Part shown: piece by piece, positions 13,469-26,038 of the stretch
Layout of the letters: every line of letters starts with the position of its first letter
Position numbering within the stretch: position 1 is the stretch's first letter
NCBI GenBank assembly: GCA_046563655.1
Contig: CM102286.1
Span: 7,130,001-7,194,000, forward strand
Direction of reading: 5' to 3'
Length of the DNA: 64,000 bases
Source: Yuukianura sp. NJ FZ-2021
Lineage: Eukaryota
Translations under genes and position numbers: made by a program
Notes under the pieces: model-generated
The model's database searches: none
What the model was told of the DNA's origin: nothing
What the model saw: the letters and a program-made list of their open reading frames with translations, nothing else

Positions 13469-16400
13469 TCATTCGTCATGAGTTGGAAGAACATTGTAGA
13501 AATCATTCTCGGTTTCTTCTAAAATTCCGGTGAAAGGGGGGCTAATGGGGGTCCCATTGGTGATGTCCGACTCCTCAACGGTTTCCTTTTCCATTTCTTC
13601 TTCGGTGTCGTCTCCTTCACGAGTTGACGAAGACATTTCTTCCGAACCAAACTCGACTTCCTCCTCCTCATTTTCATTTTCGTCCTCCTCCTCCTCCTCT
13701 TCATTTTCGTTTTCACCTTCCTCCTCTTCTTCATTTTCGTTTTCATCTTCATCCTCCTCTTCATCTTTGTTTTCATCCTCCTCCTCTTCGTCGTCTTCTT
13801 CAGTTTCCCGCGGCGTGTTCTTATCTGACTCGGCACTTTTGTTTTCTCCATGTAATAATTGCTGCGTTTCCTGACGATCTTCTACATCCGGACGTTGGAA
13901 CACGTCTTTGTTTTCATAAATATATGAAAATTCAGTTTCTCCCGAAGTTTTTTGCACTGCAGAAACGACAATTCCAGGCAGCAATTAATATTTGGAATTA
14001 AAAAAATCACCGCTAAAGCAACAATACCTTGGTTGTATTCATCCAAACAGATGTCGTCGTCTTCAGCTGTACATAGCGGCGACTCTTCCTGAAGTTTATT
14101 TTTGAAATATATATCCAATTGCATAGCGACTTCCAATCTTTGGTCCATTGGTATCCTTTCGTGTTTGAGCTTTTCAAATGCGTCCTTGAAGTATCTCCAC
14201 TCGTCCCGACCTTTCCATCTTTTTACAATTTCTTTCATTGCATCTCGTGTAGGATGTTCCTCAGTGATTTTAGCCAACTCGTTCAAATCATCAGTGAACT
14301 CATCTCTGTCAAGGTAGAGGGGTCCATGCACATCTTCCGGCAGAACATGTTCGATAAAGAATTTGGCAGTGATGTTCTAAAATTTTGAAAATTGATTTTA
14401 AACCGGTAGTGTAATTTGTAAAATCTTTGAATTTGATCTCTTACTTTCACCATTTCTCGTTGCAGAAAACCATCAAAGTCTTCAGGCGGCGCGTCGCTGC
14501 CACCACTCAACTGTTCAGATGGTGGTTTCTCGTGGACTTCTGATTTGTTTGAGACTCTGGGCAACTCGAGTTGGGAACCATGCTGGTCCTCTTCTAACAT
14601 GGACAATGCTTCCGATCGAAGTCGTCTAGGAGAAGACTCTGTCGATGATGCTTCCGAACGTTCGTAGCGCCACTGGATAGCTTCTTTTACTACTGATATT
14701 TGAGGAACTTGGTAGAAGTTTGGTAGAAAAAGAGGCAAATCGGCTTCTCGCAGTGCTTCTCCTAAAATTGAGAATCTTCAATTTTAAAAAATGTAAAAAA
14801 AAAATTAAGCTGGTAACTCAATCAAATGGTTTACCTCTTGTAGTAATTAATGACACGAAATTGTCTCTTGTGATGCTATACTCGTAATGGTTATCCGGTT
14901 CTCCCAAAATTTCAAAGGCTCTGAAAATATCTTCTTCGTGGACGCCAGCGTCTCTGTGATTGACATACAGCATCACAAAGTCGTCAAACGTGATTTCAGT
15001 TTGTTTCTTCCCATATTTTTGTCCTAGGATAAATTCCACTTCTTCGGAAAGCATATCGATCTGTAAGAAATTATTTTGAGCTGAAAAAGTCTATTCAAAA
15101 ATTAGTTCATTGCCACAGTTCGTTGCCAGTTTTTATTAAAAATTGAAGTTGTAATGTAAAACCAAGCCTTTAAAAATTATTGAAAAATTATACCTCCAGT
15201 TCAGATGGAAAGTGGCCCATTGTCCTCATGACAGTGGTGATATCAGCCAGTGGAATTGATAATGGCATTTGGAGAAGTTCGTCATGATTTGGCGCTCTTT
15301 TCAACATGAAATGGTAAAATATGTTTTTGATGTCATCAACAATGCTCAAATGTTGAGGAAGACCGGCATCCAAGTAACGTTCAAATGGAACAACTCCCAA
15401 TCCTCCCGCCATTGAATGATTTTCGAGAATTCTAGCCAGGAAAAATTTAAATTTAAAAACCACCAACAAAACTTAAGTTATCAACAACGCTTACCGCACA
15501 TCAGGAATCCACATGAAAATGCATCTGTCAGACTCAGCTCGCGTAAAAAACTCAGAGCCATTCTTGCCAATGCCCACGTCTTGAATCTGGTATTAAGAAA
15601 AAACTAGTAAGTTTTACAAGCATTGTGCAGTTAAGGTTTAAGTCATTTGCCTCAGTAGGGTGCCCGACTGCTGCCATGTACTTGAATGGGTTTCCATCAA
15701 TCGGTGTTTTCATGAGGCCAATTTTATTTCCGAGTGTAATTAGAGCGTACCTCGTGTTACGATCTCCCCTTCCCACAGCAGAAATTGGCTGAAAATGAAA
15801 AGCATTAAAGATTTTTTTAAGTCTGAAACTTTCTTTCTGCTTTTTGTAAGTTTTGCGTTTGAAAATATTTTAAATTAGTTTGCAAAAACCGTAAAAAAAT
15901 TGGGAGAAAATGGCTTAGATTTTGTCCTCGGAAATTCTAAAATTGGAGTTGGAATGTCCAAATTCATCTTGTTTCTAGTCCTATCAAAATTCGTTAACCT
16001 AAACGATATTTTGACAAATATCTTTATCTTATGTGATTTCGAGAATTTCGTTTCACTATTTCTGAAACTTTTACACAAGACAATTTATATTTGAATTGCA
16101 AGGTATTTACCACCATATTTTTCAACGGTGCCCCGAATTCTGGGCCCTGGCACGTTTTTCTGATCTTCAAAGCATCTTGGTCAAACATCCGAATTTTGTT
16201 CTAAACCGTACAAACCATGTTTTATTAAACATGTTTACATTGGCAATATCATATATCGGGCTTACGTTGGTTGTCGAATAGAGTAAAATAGGTCCATGAT
16301 CTCGAAACGGAGCATCAAACGCCATTACAGTCGGAATGGCGAATTGTTCAACTGACGTCACCGACAAAATTTTAAGCCCCTTGGTTGGATTGCTTAAATC

Positions 16401-19399
16401 CAAAACAAAGCAGCTTTAAAAAGTCAAGCTCAATTTTTTTTTACTATAATTTGCAAACCTTTGTGACAAGTCGTATTCAACGATACGCCTATCTTGTCCT
16501 ATTGAGAAAAATCGTTGCAAGTTGACAATTGAGTCGCGGAAGAAAGTAATGTCCACAACTGGTCGGTAATGAGATCGATGTTTTGCTTTCAGGAACCAAC
16601 CGCCTTTACTCCCATTGTAGGTGCACACGCACACAGATACGGTCATGTCGTTATCCTGAGAAGCATCAGAAACAAAAATTTTCCAGCATTCCAACTTTTG
16701 AACTTTAATATGTGGCGGGGTGTGGTTACAAAGATGCCCATGTATAGTCCGCAAGATGAGAAAACGATTTTGGATACAGGGCTTTTGCCGGAATGGAGCG
16801 GATGCTCCTTTAATCCTAACGTAAATGTCTTCCGGAAGTAGATCGCTCCACTGGTTGACCCCAAGACGAAAAAGGATCCTGCGCATGACAAAAATTTGTT
16901 ACGTTTTTTTTAATTTGTAATTTTCAAACGTGGCAACAGGCTTACCTGAAGGATGAAATCGCAAACAGGTCACTTCGACCTCCTTTTTAAACAACTTTTG
17001 AGCCGCAATGATTTCACTTGTTTTGTAATTGATGATCTGCATTGCACCCGACAAAGTTGAAATGGCAATGTGTTTCCTGAGATTATGGAAAAATCAGTCA
17101 ATTAAAAAATTGTCCAGTTTTTTGAAAAATTAGGAAACTATTTTTGAACTTGCGTTGTTGGGCATGTGTCCATTGCAACGATTGCATCGGGACCAAGCGT
17201 TTCTCTGAGGATGTTGTCCACTTTCTCCTCTGCAATGTGAAAGTACGCAACGCTCCCGTCATCATAACCTTCAAAAAGCCAACAATTATTTCTGTGTTAA
17301 AATTTTCGTTATCATTATAATTTGCAAGTGACAGTTTTCACACCTACCTACAACTAGATCCAAGCAATCTTCGGGAAGATGCAGAGGGTTTCTCTCTATT
17401 GTGGTTTCCGATGGAATTCGGTATTTTCCCCCACCGTAAGTGTAGTCGTAGACGGTGCTTTTGCCCTTCCTATGAAATGTGTTGTGATCATGTCCTCCAT
17501 GAGAGTACGTCGATCCTGGAACAGATTGCAATATTGAATAATTCTGAATATTGTATGAACTAAAGCAATTTAAGAAAAAATAGTAACTCAGTTCTTTTTT
17601 CCATGCTGGCGGATCGTCTGTACAGTTGAATGCAATGGAACGGATGCATTTTGAGGCTCCCGTTCTAGTCCATCGCAGTAGCCGAAACTTGTTGTCCAGA
17701 AACCGAACGCCACCTTCTTCATCTCCGACGAGAATGAAACTGTTCAACAGCATAAAATATTACGTAAGCACAAATTAACTTATCTGGGCCCTACTTTATC
17801 TTAGATTTTGGCATTACTGTTTGTGTGCAACAAGCGCTGTTAAACCAACGTCTTGATCGATTTTGACGAAACGCCTAAACTCTTTGACATTGTGGCGTGA
17901 GTTTGGCGTGGCTTCAAAACCCAGTGGATCTTGGGCTTTCCATTCCACGATGTATCCTGCCAGATATCATCTTATTTTTTAAAACTTTGATTTATAAATT
18001 TCTCAAATGGTGAAGCCGGAAGATATTACCTGACGCAGTCGCAGTGAGAACTGAGTCGTTAACCCAAATTGTGGCTGTGAATCGCTTGAATCGTTTCATG
18101 AACCGCATATGACCTCGGGGCACATGAGATATAATTGTCTTCTTGCGTCGTAACTTTACAAACATAATTTACTAAAAAAAACTCCTCAAATATTAGCGTT
18201 AGTTAGCATTGTGTAGGTAATTGTGTTGAATACCCATGTGTAGAAGACGACTTGTGAGTTTCCAGTAGTCACGAAATGAGTAGGAACATCAGAACTAAAG
18301 TGAATCATGGTTTGCCGACGAGCTAGTTCCGGTATTTCAGTCCCCGGAAAACCTATTTAAAAAATGTAAATTAAAAATTTTAAATTATTTAACTTATATA
18401 ATTTAAAAAGATCGTTTATAATGTTACGGTTTACCTGCTGCATGGCTGACCCGTTGCTGTCGTTCACCAAAATGCAAAATACTGACTCTCTGGCGCCCCG
18501 CCTTGTTGGCACTTTGACTTTGAACAACGGTGACACCGCTGTGTCGCAGATCTTCTACCTCAAACACTGCTGCAATGTAGTCAAGTCCATGTCCGACAAA
18601 GCAAACGGCTCGAACGGCACTGAATGCTTCCATGCTATCATTTGAAAAAAGTTTGATCGGAGATCCTGTTCTGGCGTTCCAAATGAGAAGCATAGGGTCT
18701 TCTGACATGTCTCCAGTAGCAAAATATTTAGAATCTGGGTCCTTTGCAATGCAACTAATCTTGTCTTCCTGCAAATTAATCAAATGTTTAAATTAATTTA
18801 AAAACTACAATGTAAAGTTTACTAATTAACCAAGGTAGCCAGTTTGTACTTACGTGACCTTGAAGAACTTTTTGTGAGTTGGCGTAGTAGTCGAAGAATA
18901 CGAGGACATTTGAGGCTGCGTAGACTACGTGGCTTTTGAAAACTCCTGTGAGGTTGAACACCGGAAGGTGTCCAGGTCTGCCAAACACACGGCCAATTTT
19001 CTGCAAAAACCAAAAATTGCATAAGTTTTTGTCATATTATAAAATGAAAAAAGTGAGCCTAAGTACCAGTGGAAAAGGACGCTGCGCCTTAAGTCCTATG
19101 CCACCGGTGAAGTCGTCATATTCACTCGACGGAGGTCGGCTAACTTGAGCTCTCAACGACAACGAGTAGCCATCGTCATCACCATCTTCATCCCCATCAA
19201 GTACATGTCTAGGCAGGAAGTTAATTTCTTCCAGAATTTGAATCGTAACTGGATCTGCTCCATCCCTTTCCAGCTCCCCTGCAAAACCGTGAAGTCCAAA
19301 ACGACTAATTTCATTGTTTGATTTTTCAATGTCCGAGGACTTTCTTTGATTATGTTCTCCAATTGAAGCTCGGAGTGAATGACGTGATGTAATTGACAT
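13469..19399 (-). CDS. CFAP251: Cilia- and flagella-associated protein 251 (WDR66)-like WD40 + EF-hand protein with long acidic C-terminal extension
   Basis: Many exons: VVYAASNVLVFFDY...LQGHEDKISCIAKDPDSKYFATGD; AKHRSHYRPVVDITF...FFSIGQDRRIVEYDL; NKIGLMKTPIDGNPFKYMAAVGHP; DIKNIFYHF...IPLADITTVMRTMGHFPSELE; ITFDDFVMLYVNHR. These match the CFAP251 family from recall. The last exon (from about 13957) is Glu-rich. Confidence 0.88.
13640..13805 (-). repeat. Coding Glu/Asp/Asn-rich tandem repeat (EEEEDENEN-like units)
   Basis: Repeated tcctcctcttcattttcgt on the + strand; ORF 13469-13984. Confidence 0.8.
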
Positions 19400-19617
19400 T
19401 ACTAAAAAATGTTAATGAATTGGTTGACGTTGGAATACTGTTCAGATTACACAAAATATCGACTTTGTTGTTTCAAGTTTTATCGATTGAATAAGCTACT
19501 TGTGCGAATCGCGAAGATACAAAAATATCCCGATCTTATGAAAAAAAAAACACAAAAATATACGACGGTTCTTTAAAAATTGGGCATCAGTTGTTTATTT
19601 ACGTGGTGACATTAGTT

Positions 19618-19631
19618 GTACCTATGGCAAC
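19618..19631. promoter_or_regulatory. RFX X-box upstream of CFAP251
   Basis: GTACCTATGGCAAC fits the X-box consensus RTHNYY-WT-RRNRAC and lies about 220 bp upstream of the ATG of a ciliary gene. Confidence 0.75.
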
Positions 19632-20308
19632 GACATGGCGTTACAAACGATCGTCATCGTCAAAGAAAAAAAATACACTGTTGTTTGTTGCAATAAGACA
19701 GATAAAATCTGCTGCGATTTTTTGGTATTTTTATGGAGGCAATTATAAATGTAAATTAATTCAGTTTCGGAGCAAATAGTCTTTCGGTTACATTTACATT
19801 CGCAGCAATTGGCTTGGGAATTCATTCGGAGCAATTCGCTTCGGAGCATTTCATTCGAAGCTATGGCGTGCTACCGTCGAGAATTAGAAATTAAAAAAAA
19901 CATTCGGATTTATAAAGTAAACTATGGAGGTTTGATTTTCTTGTTAAAAAAAATCAAATCTCATTTGCGACAATATTCAGAATTGAGATCCTTTAATCAA
20001 TAACTTGAAAAACTCTGTGCTTTTTATGAAACTTAAAATAATATTTGAAGAGCTGATTGATTGTTCTTAATCATTACAGAAATAACCAATATATAGAGAT
20101 GTCTTATGATAAAGCTTTTGTCCTAAACAAAGTAATTGAGTAAAATATTGCACAACCAATTGAAATCGTCATACTGAATTTATATAAAATTTGAATTTCA
20201 AAATATCTCTGCTTGCTTTTTTAAGAAACATGTCAATGGCTACAGCTCTCAAATAAATAAATTTCCTTGCGATAAATTCTTTTGCGTCCACAGTTTGCTT
20301 TCGGTGTG

Positions 20309-22256
20309 TCACGTTGCTGAGTAATTCGGTGAAATGAGGCTGTCCATTGGAAGTTGGTAGTGAATCGAATGCCCATTTGTGCTACCCAGGAACAAATCAC
20401 TTCTCAGTGACTCCATTCCACACTGGCTTTCCTGTTGAGCAAATGAACTTATGGCCGCCGATGTTGGTTGTGACGGTGATGACGAGAACTTTGACCAAGA
20501 CTCTGCGTTGTCACTTGGACCTCCACTAGCATCTTCTAAATTATTGTTACTAACTAAACTACAACTAACTTTGTCCTTATCCTTAGTATCGAAGTGCGTA
20601 CCACCGTCTTTCCTTGTCATGCTCAAATGAAGCTCTGCCTGAGTCGTTGAGACGCTGCAACTGTAGGTGTTGGTGGATTCGGAGTTACAAGCTAAGTAGC
20701 AATTGTCTGGTGCTGAGTCCCTGGAAGATGCCTTGATTGGATTGAGTGGTGGTGAAGGTGCATAGTAGTAATTGGACATGGACAGGTCAGTGTCTTCTCC
20801 ATATCCAGAATCACATTCGAGAAGTGATGGCACAGGGCTAGGTGAGAATCCCATTAGACTTGGAGACTGATGAGAGTGAGCGGCAGAATTTGAAAGATCG
20901 GCTTCGGCGTAGTCGTATGAGGGGGTATGAAATGGGGTTTGCTGGGGTCGAAGTGGACTGTTGTAGTCGTAAGCTGCCGGAGACGAGACTGTTGAGTAAG
21001 GCGAGTCATTGTACGGTGATGAAGACAGGTACGGATCGTGACCCAGGGTTGGAGTCGCAGCGGCAGCATTTGAAAGTGTTGGTGGAAGGACGGGATGGGA
21101 AACTTGACCATTCGATGTCACTGGAAGTGGAGCAGCATTTCTGGAGTTAGCTGACCAAAATGATGGAAGTGTTTCTCTGCTCTGGAGAAAATTGGATTCC
21201 CGCTTCTTGACTTCATCTTCTTGGCGGATCTCTTGTTCAATATGGCGCAGAGTGTTGCAAATTAGTACAGAGCGGTGTAAACTTGGTTCTGCACATTGCT
21301 GTTAATAACAAATTAAAGGAATTAATAAACAAATTCAATCAAATAGAAAAAATGTTAGGTAAATTTCTTTTTAACTGAACTAATAAACATAGGGCGGGTG
21401 GACTTACATTTCTGAAAGAATTAAGTTTACAGAGCGATAGATGTAAGACCGTGGATCGTTGCTGTTTGTACGATCGAACTTCCGCTTCATCTTCCGACGC
21501 TTCATCAAATTCTTCACAACTATTGAATAAATCCTCAGAAGAAATGGATTCACAGGAAGACGAAGAACTGCTCTCGTCCAGGTAGTCCAGACTATTGCCA
21601 TTTGACGTCCATGTTTGGTCTGGTGGACTGTTTCCAGGACTACCCTTGCTACTTTTCTTAGCCAAAACAGTTGCTTCCGAAGGACCTAGATTAAAGTAGG
21701 ACTTGCCATTCTCATCTTCCGTAATTAGCTGATCGTTTGACATGGGAACTGGATTGGCGTTCTTCAGCGGCAATATCCCAGTGGCGTCCCATTCTGCCGA
21801 AGTTTGGTCAATCGGAGAAAGAACTGTGACAGTTGACAGCGTAGCGTCCCCAGACAGAAGGCTGTTGAACTCGAGGTCTGTCCTTTCGTCTGACCGTAGA
21901 GCTTTGGGCAGAGAGCAGAAGAGAGGGGAGGAGCACTGGAGTTCTTCCAGGGATTCCAGGAACATTGGTGTGGGAAGGGCCTCGAGGGAGGACTTGAGTG
22001 ACTCCAGAGGGCTGCTGGAGAGGCCATTATTGCAAGGGGTCAGAGCGGGACTTGACGACGTCAGGAGCGTCCGAGCGAGGATTGACGTCGTAAGGAATTC
22101 GGAGCTGCATTTTTCGAGTCCGCTGGAAAAGATTGAGTCGTTGGGGTCACTGTCAAGGAGTGACGACTTTTTAGCTTGTTTTGGTGAGTTTGGGTATTCG
22201 GCGTTTGCACTAGATGCTTCAAGACGTCGCTTGGATGGAAGAGACGCAACACCCAT
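20309..22256 (-). CDS. SERTA-domain transcriptional co-regulator (SERTAD/Taranis family), 2 coding exons
   Basis: Exon 22256-21408 spliced to 21298-20309 gives the SERTA motif YKQQRSTVLHLSLCKLNSFRN|QCAEPSLHRSVLICNTLRHIEQEI, inside Ser/Pro-rich sequence. An acceptor just upstream of the ATG (about 22276) implies non-coding 5' exons further right. Confidence 0.88.
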
Positions 22257-25200
22257 CCTTCCAGTTTCAGAATCCTAGAAATCATAGGAAAAAACACAAA
22301 AATAAGTATTTGGTGCGAAAGACCGGACACCATCTTAACTCATTTGAAACACTAGTCTGAATGACACTCTGAATTTTGAAACACTAGCCAAGCAAGCGTG
22401 TGGATTGCTACTGAATAAAACAGTTAATTTCAGGTAAAATATGTAAAACAGTTACATATTAAATGCGCAGTAATGCAAGTTTCATCAGCAGCATCCTGGA
22501 ATTTCTGCAGCATTGTCCTTGAATTCTCACCCTTCCAATCGCACCTACTCCTATACTTTTCATCGACCATCTCGCGATGGGCAATGTGCTTTCCAAAAAG
22601 AAAATTGCACTGTAGACTAACACACAGAGTGGTCACAAACATTATTAAATTTTATTTTTGAGGAGAGTAAGTGCATCAAGTGGGTTATGAGGTCGCAGTT
22701 GATGTGAAATATCCTATCTCTCAGAACCATACAGTTTGATGAAGTCTATGCAGTGACATGACACTCTATGTCTTGGATGAAGGGAATTGCAATTTCAATT
22801 GTGCTCAAGCAACAAGGGAGTTGATAGGAACGCCGTACCCTCAACCTAACTCAAACTTACTGTGCGAAGGCGCTTACATGAATAAGGTTTGAATTTGGCG
22901 CAAACGTTACCTTGAAGATTTTACCTTTGCTAAACAACAAGGAACTGAGAGAGCCCGACGATTTTTCAATTTATTTTACCACCCCACAATCCAGCTTGCC
23001 TGTCTTCATGTATTGCGGATAAAAATCTAGCGTGCCAAATTGTACTTGTAAGAATGCTGGAGTAAATTTCCAAAAAGTTTTGTGAAAAATAATTTCCAAT
23101 GAATTCCTTATGTTCTTTCAAGTCTTTTTGAACCTATGAATCTGTTGCAACAAGCAGAAAAGTTTGCAAATTGATAATGTTCCCGTTGCGGATCCTTTGC
23201 CGCTATAATGCGGCCAATTAATGCGGCCTGTCCATCTTGCGCTAAGCTCGTGATGCCCTTGGAAGTTCAGCCTACGAAAGCATTTAACGTAAATCCTTAA
23301 AATTCCGAGCTAGAAAGTTTGAGCATAGCATTGTCAATGCATACGAGTTTTAAGGATACAACTAACTAAAAGTTGTTTGTTGGTTGGATTTGGAAGTAGA
23401 AAAACTTGGAAGTATCGGAACTTGAAAGAATCTCGACCAGTTTCCATCCTCTCATGGTCAGCAACTACATTTGAGTCAACCTGCTTTACTTTATTTTCTG
23501 GAAAAGTTGTATCTCGTGTCAGTATCTTGAAAATGGCCTTCAGGAAAAACTATTCTGCGCAGCTGCCACACGCTTCACGTTTTAACATGTACCATATCGA
23601 CTTGAAGTGTCCACTTCGTGTACATCACCAACATTTCAAAACATATTTTCAAAAAAATTTCAATTTTATGTATAACCAAATTTATGAATGCATTGCGCTC
23701 ATTCCGGTATGAACTGAATGAAATTTTTTTTTCTATCGCTCGAATCATTTACCGACGTCAGGAAATACGACGCAAGCGTTCGTTTGCACTTTACGGTTGT
23801 CTGAAAATATCCGGCACCAGATTAGATAAGTTCGATACTCGAGCAAACATTAAAATACAAACCAAAATTACTTTGAAATAAAATTTTTGAAAGGTAAATC
23901 CAAAATTTGGCACATCTTGGGGGTGGCGGGCCTTTCTCCACTACGGAGGTCGTGGTGGATGAAGAATAAGAGAGTACATGGCAGAAAGTCTTTTTGTATT
24001 TTGTGTCTTTCAACGAACCATGGAATTTCGCCAGCGGCAACATCTAAATCTAAATGCAATCTACCTGTTGTTCCACCTTAGACAAAAACCATACGGAGGA
24101 AAGGCAACGTACTGACACAAGCACATGAGTAGTCAAACGTTAAGTAAAAAATAAAGAAAGTTGCACCCAAAAGTCTACAAAGGAGATGAAAAAGTAGGGG
24201 TTAACAATCTAGAATTTCAAAAACAAAAAGAAAGCAGATTTAAAAAAGAAACAGACAAAAAACTTTTTTAAACTGAAATCGTAAAGACAGTAGAAGACTT
24301 TATTAGAAAGTGCGCTTTCTCCAGATTTAATTATTGAATGCAAACCAATTCCCCAGAGGATTAGAACCTCCTGCCTCATCCATTGAAGTTCGGCCGACGG
24401 AGGGAAAGTTCGAAAAGACCGAAATTCGGTTGACAGTAACCCGCGTTACCATCCAATATGACCCTCTCTACTACAAAAACCCATTTCTCATCCGGCTCCT
24501 CTAACTTCCCCTTTTGAAAAAAAAAAAACGAAAAAGTTTCAAAAACGATTTTTTTGTTCCTACCCCATCCCCTACCCTGTGTTCTCTCCATTTCCCGTCC
24601 TTGTGCCATTTTCCATTCCCATTTAGGCTAGCTTTTTTTCTCTCTTGAACTTAAAATGTACCCAGACCCTACTCATCCCCCTTACTCTGCTCTCCTCTTT
24701 GCCAGTGTGCTTGGGGTAGATTTTTGAAGCTTAAAAGTATTCAATATTTTTGTATTTTATTTTTTTCTTTTTTTTTTTCTGAAAATACAATAGGAGAAAA
24801 CAACAATTGAACCTATGGGGAAGGAATCCTAATCCTCCGAAGTGGAGATACAGAAGTTCCAAATCGACACAACAATCTCCTCTCCTGTCGAAGATCACTT
24901 TAACAATGGAGAGAGCAAATGAACAGATCAAAACAGGTGCATGGAGAAAGCATTTACAGTAGTGAATGCTCATGCACGCTGAAACGCATTCCGCAGAGTG
25001 CGTCACTTGTTGAACCACAGAGGAACGCCATTCTGTCACTTCCCCTTTCAATGCTCAATCAATAAACATCATATGCACTCCACGCATTATTCACATTTTG
25101 GCACAATACCGTGTCCCAAATTCACCGAAAATGTCAAAACATTTGACAACTACAGTTCAAATGAAAATGTTCGTTTGCTCTCTCATTCATCGAATAAGCT

Positions 25201-25843
25201 TCAAGCATAACGCTAAAAAAAGGAGAAATAAAAAAAATCGAATCCAAAGTAGGACGCAACAAACCAAATTCGTTTTCACCCAAAAATCGAATCAAACGTT
25301 TGACTTCTACAGTACTTCAAAAAATTTAGTCGGGTTCGGTGCATTTCCGAAAAATGCACAACAATTTTCACAAATTCAAGTACAACTTCGGTAATATTTT
25401 CAAAATTGTGATGAAGATATAATTTCTACAGCATTCCCCAACCAAGACGAAACCGCATTAGGTAACATTTAAAAAAAAACTAAAAATGTAAAATCGGCTT
25501 GTGTAGTAGTCAAAAATCGTAAAAAGACATTAGTTCTGCAGCATTTTGGAAATTCAAAATCGAAGTGGTGTAGGCATTCGGGTTTTCGGAATTTAGCGTT
25601 GTTGACTGTTGAATGAACCCTAAGAAATTTTTGGCGGCATCACTTGACGTGTCTGTTGCTCGCCTGAAGCCATTTTCTAAGAATTCGCTGTGCATCTGTT
25701 GTCGTCTACTTCTGGGCATCCAATAGAGGAAGACTTAAAGCAAAAACCTAATGCTTGTGAACGAAGAATGACGAAGGGGAAAGGACAAGCTCAGCGACCC
25801 TGGAGCTGAAGGAAGTGAGGGCACAAAGTTCCAATGGCAATAC

Positions 25844-26038
25844 TTCCCCCTCCATACCCTCCCTAGACCCACATAGGCCATGGTTCCCCCTCCATACTCT
25901 CCGTAGACCTACATACTCGTTTCAGTTGGACTTTTGAAAGTAGAGGGACATAGCCATCATAGCTTTTCAGAGTGGAGGCATATAGCCACCATAGCTTTTG
26001 AAAATGGAGGCATAGCCACCAAAACTATGGTGGCTATG
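25844..26038. repeat. Short degenerate direct repeats plus a terminal hairpin
   Basis: ttccccctccata...tagacc.acata at 25844 and 25884 (40-bp period); three catagcca(c/t)c units at about 25949, 25981 and 26011; catagccacca...tggtggctatg hairpin at 26011-26038. Confidence 0.6.

Noticed and set aside
13519..14001. Poly-Ser, poly-Pro and Lys/Arg-rich ORFs
   Set aside because: Shadow frames of the Glu-rich repeat in the last CFAP251 exon.
21742..22278. 178-aa ORF on the + strand
   Set aside because: Antisense shadow of the SERTA gene coding exon.
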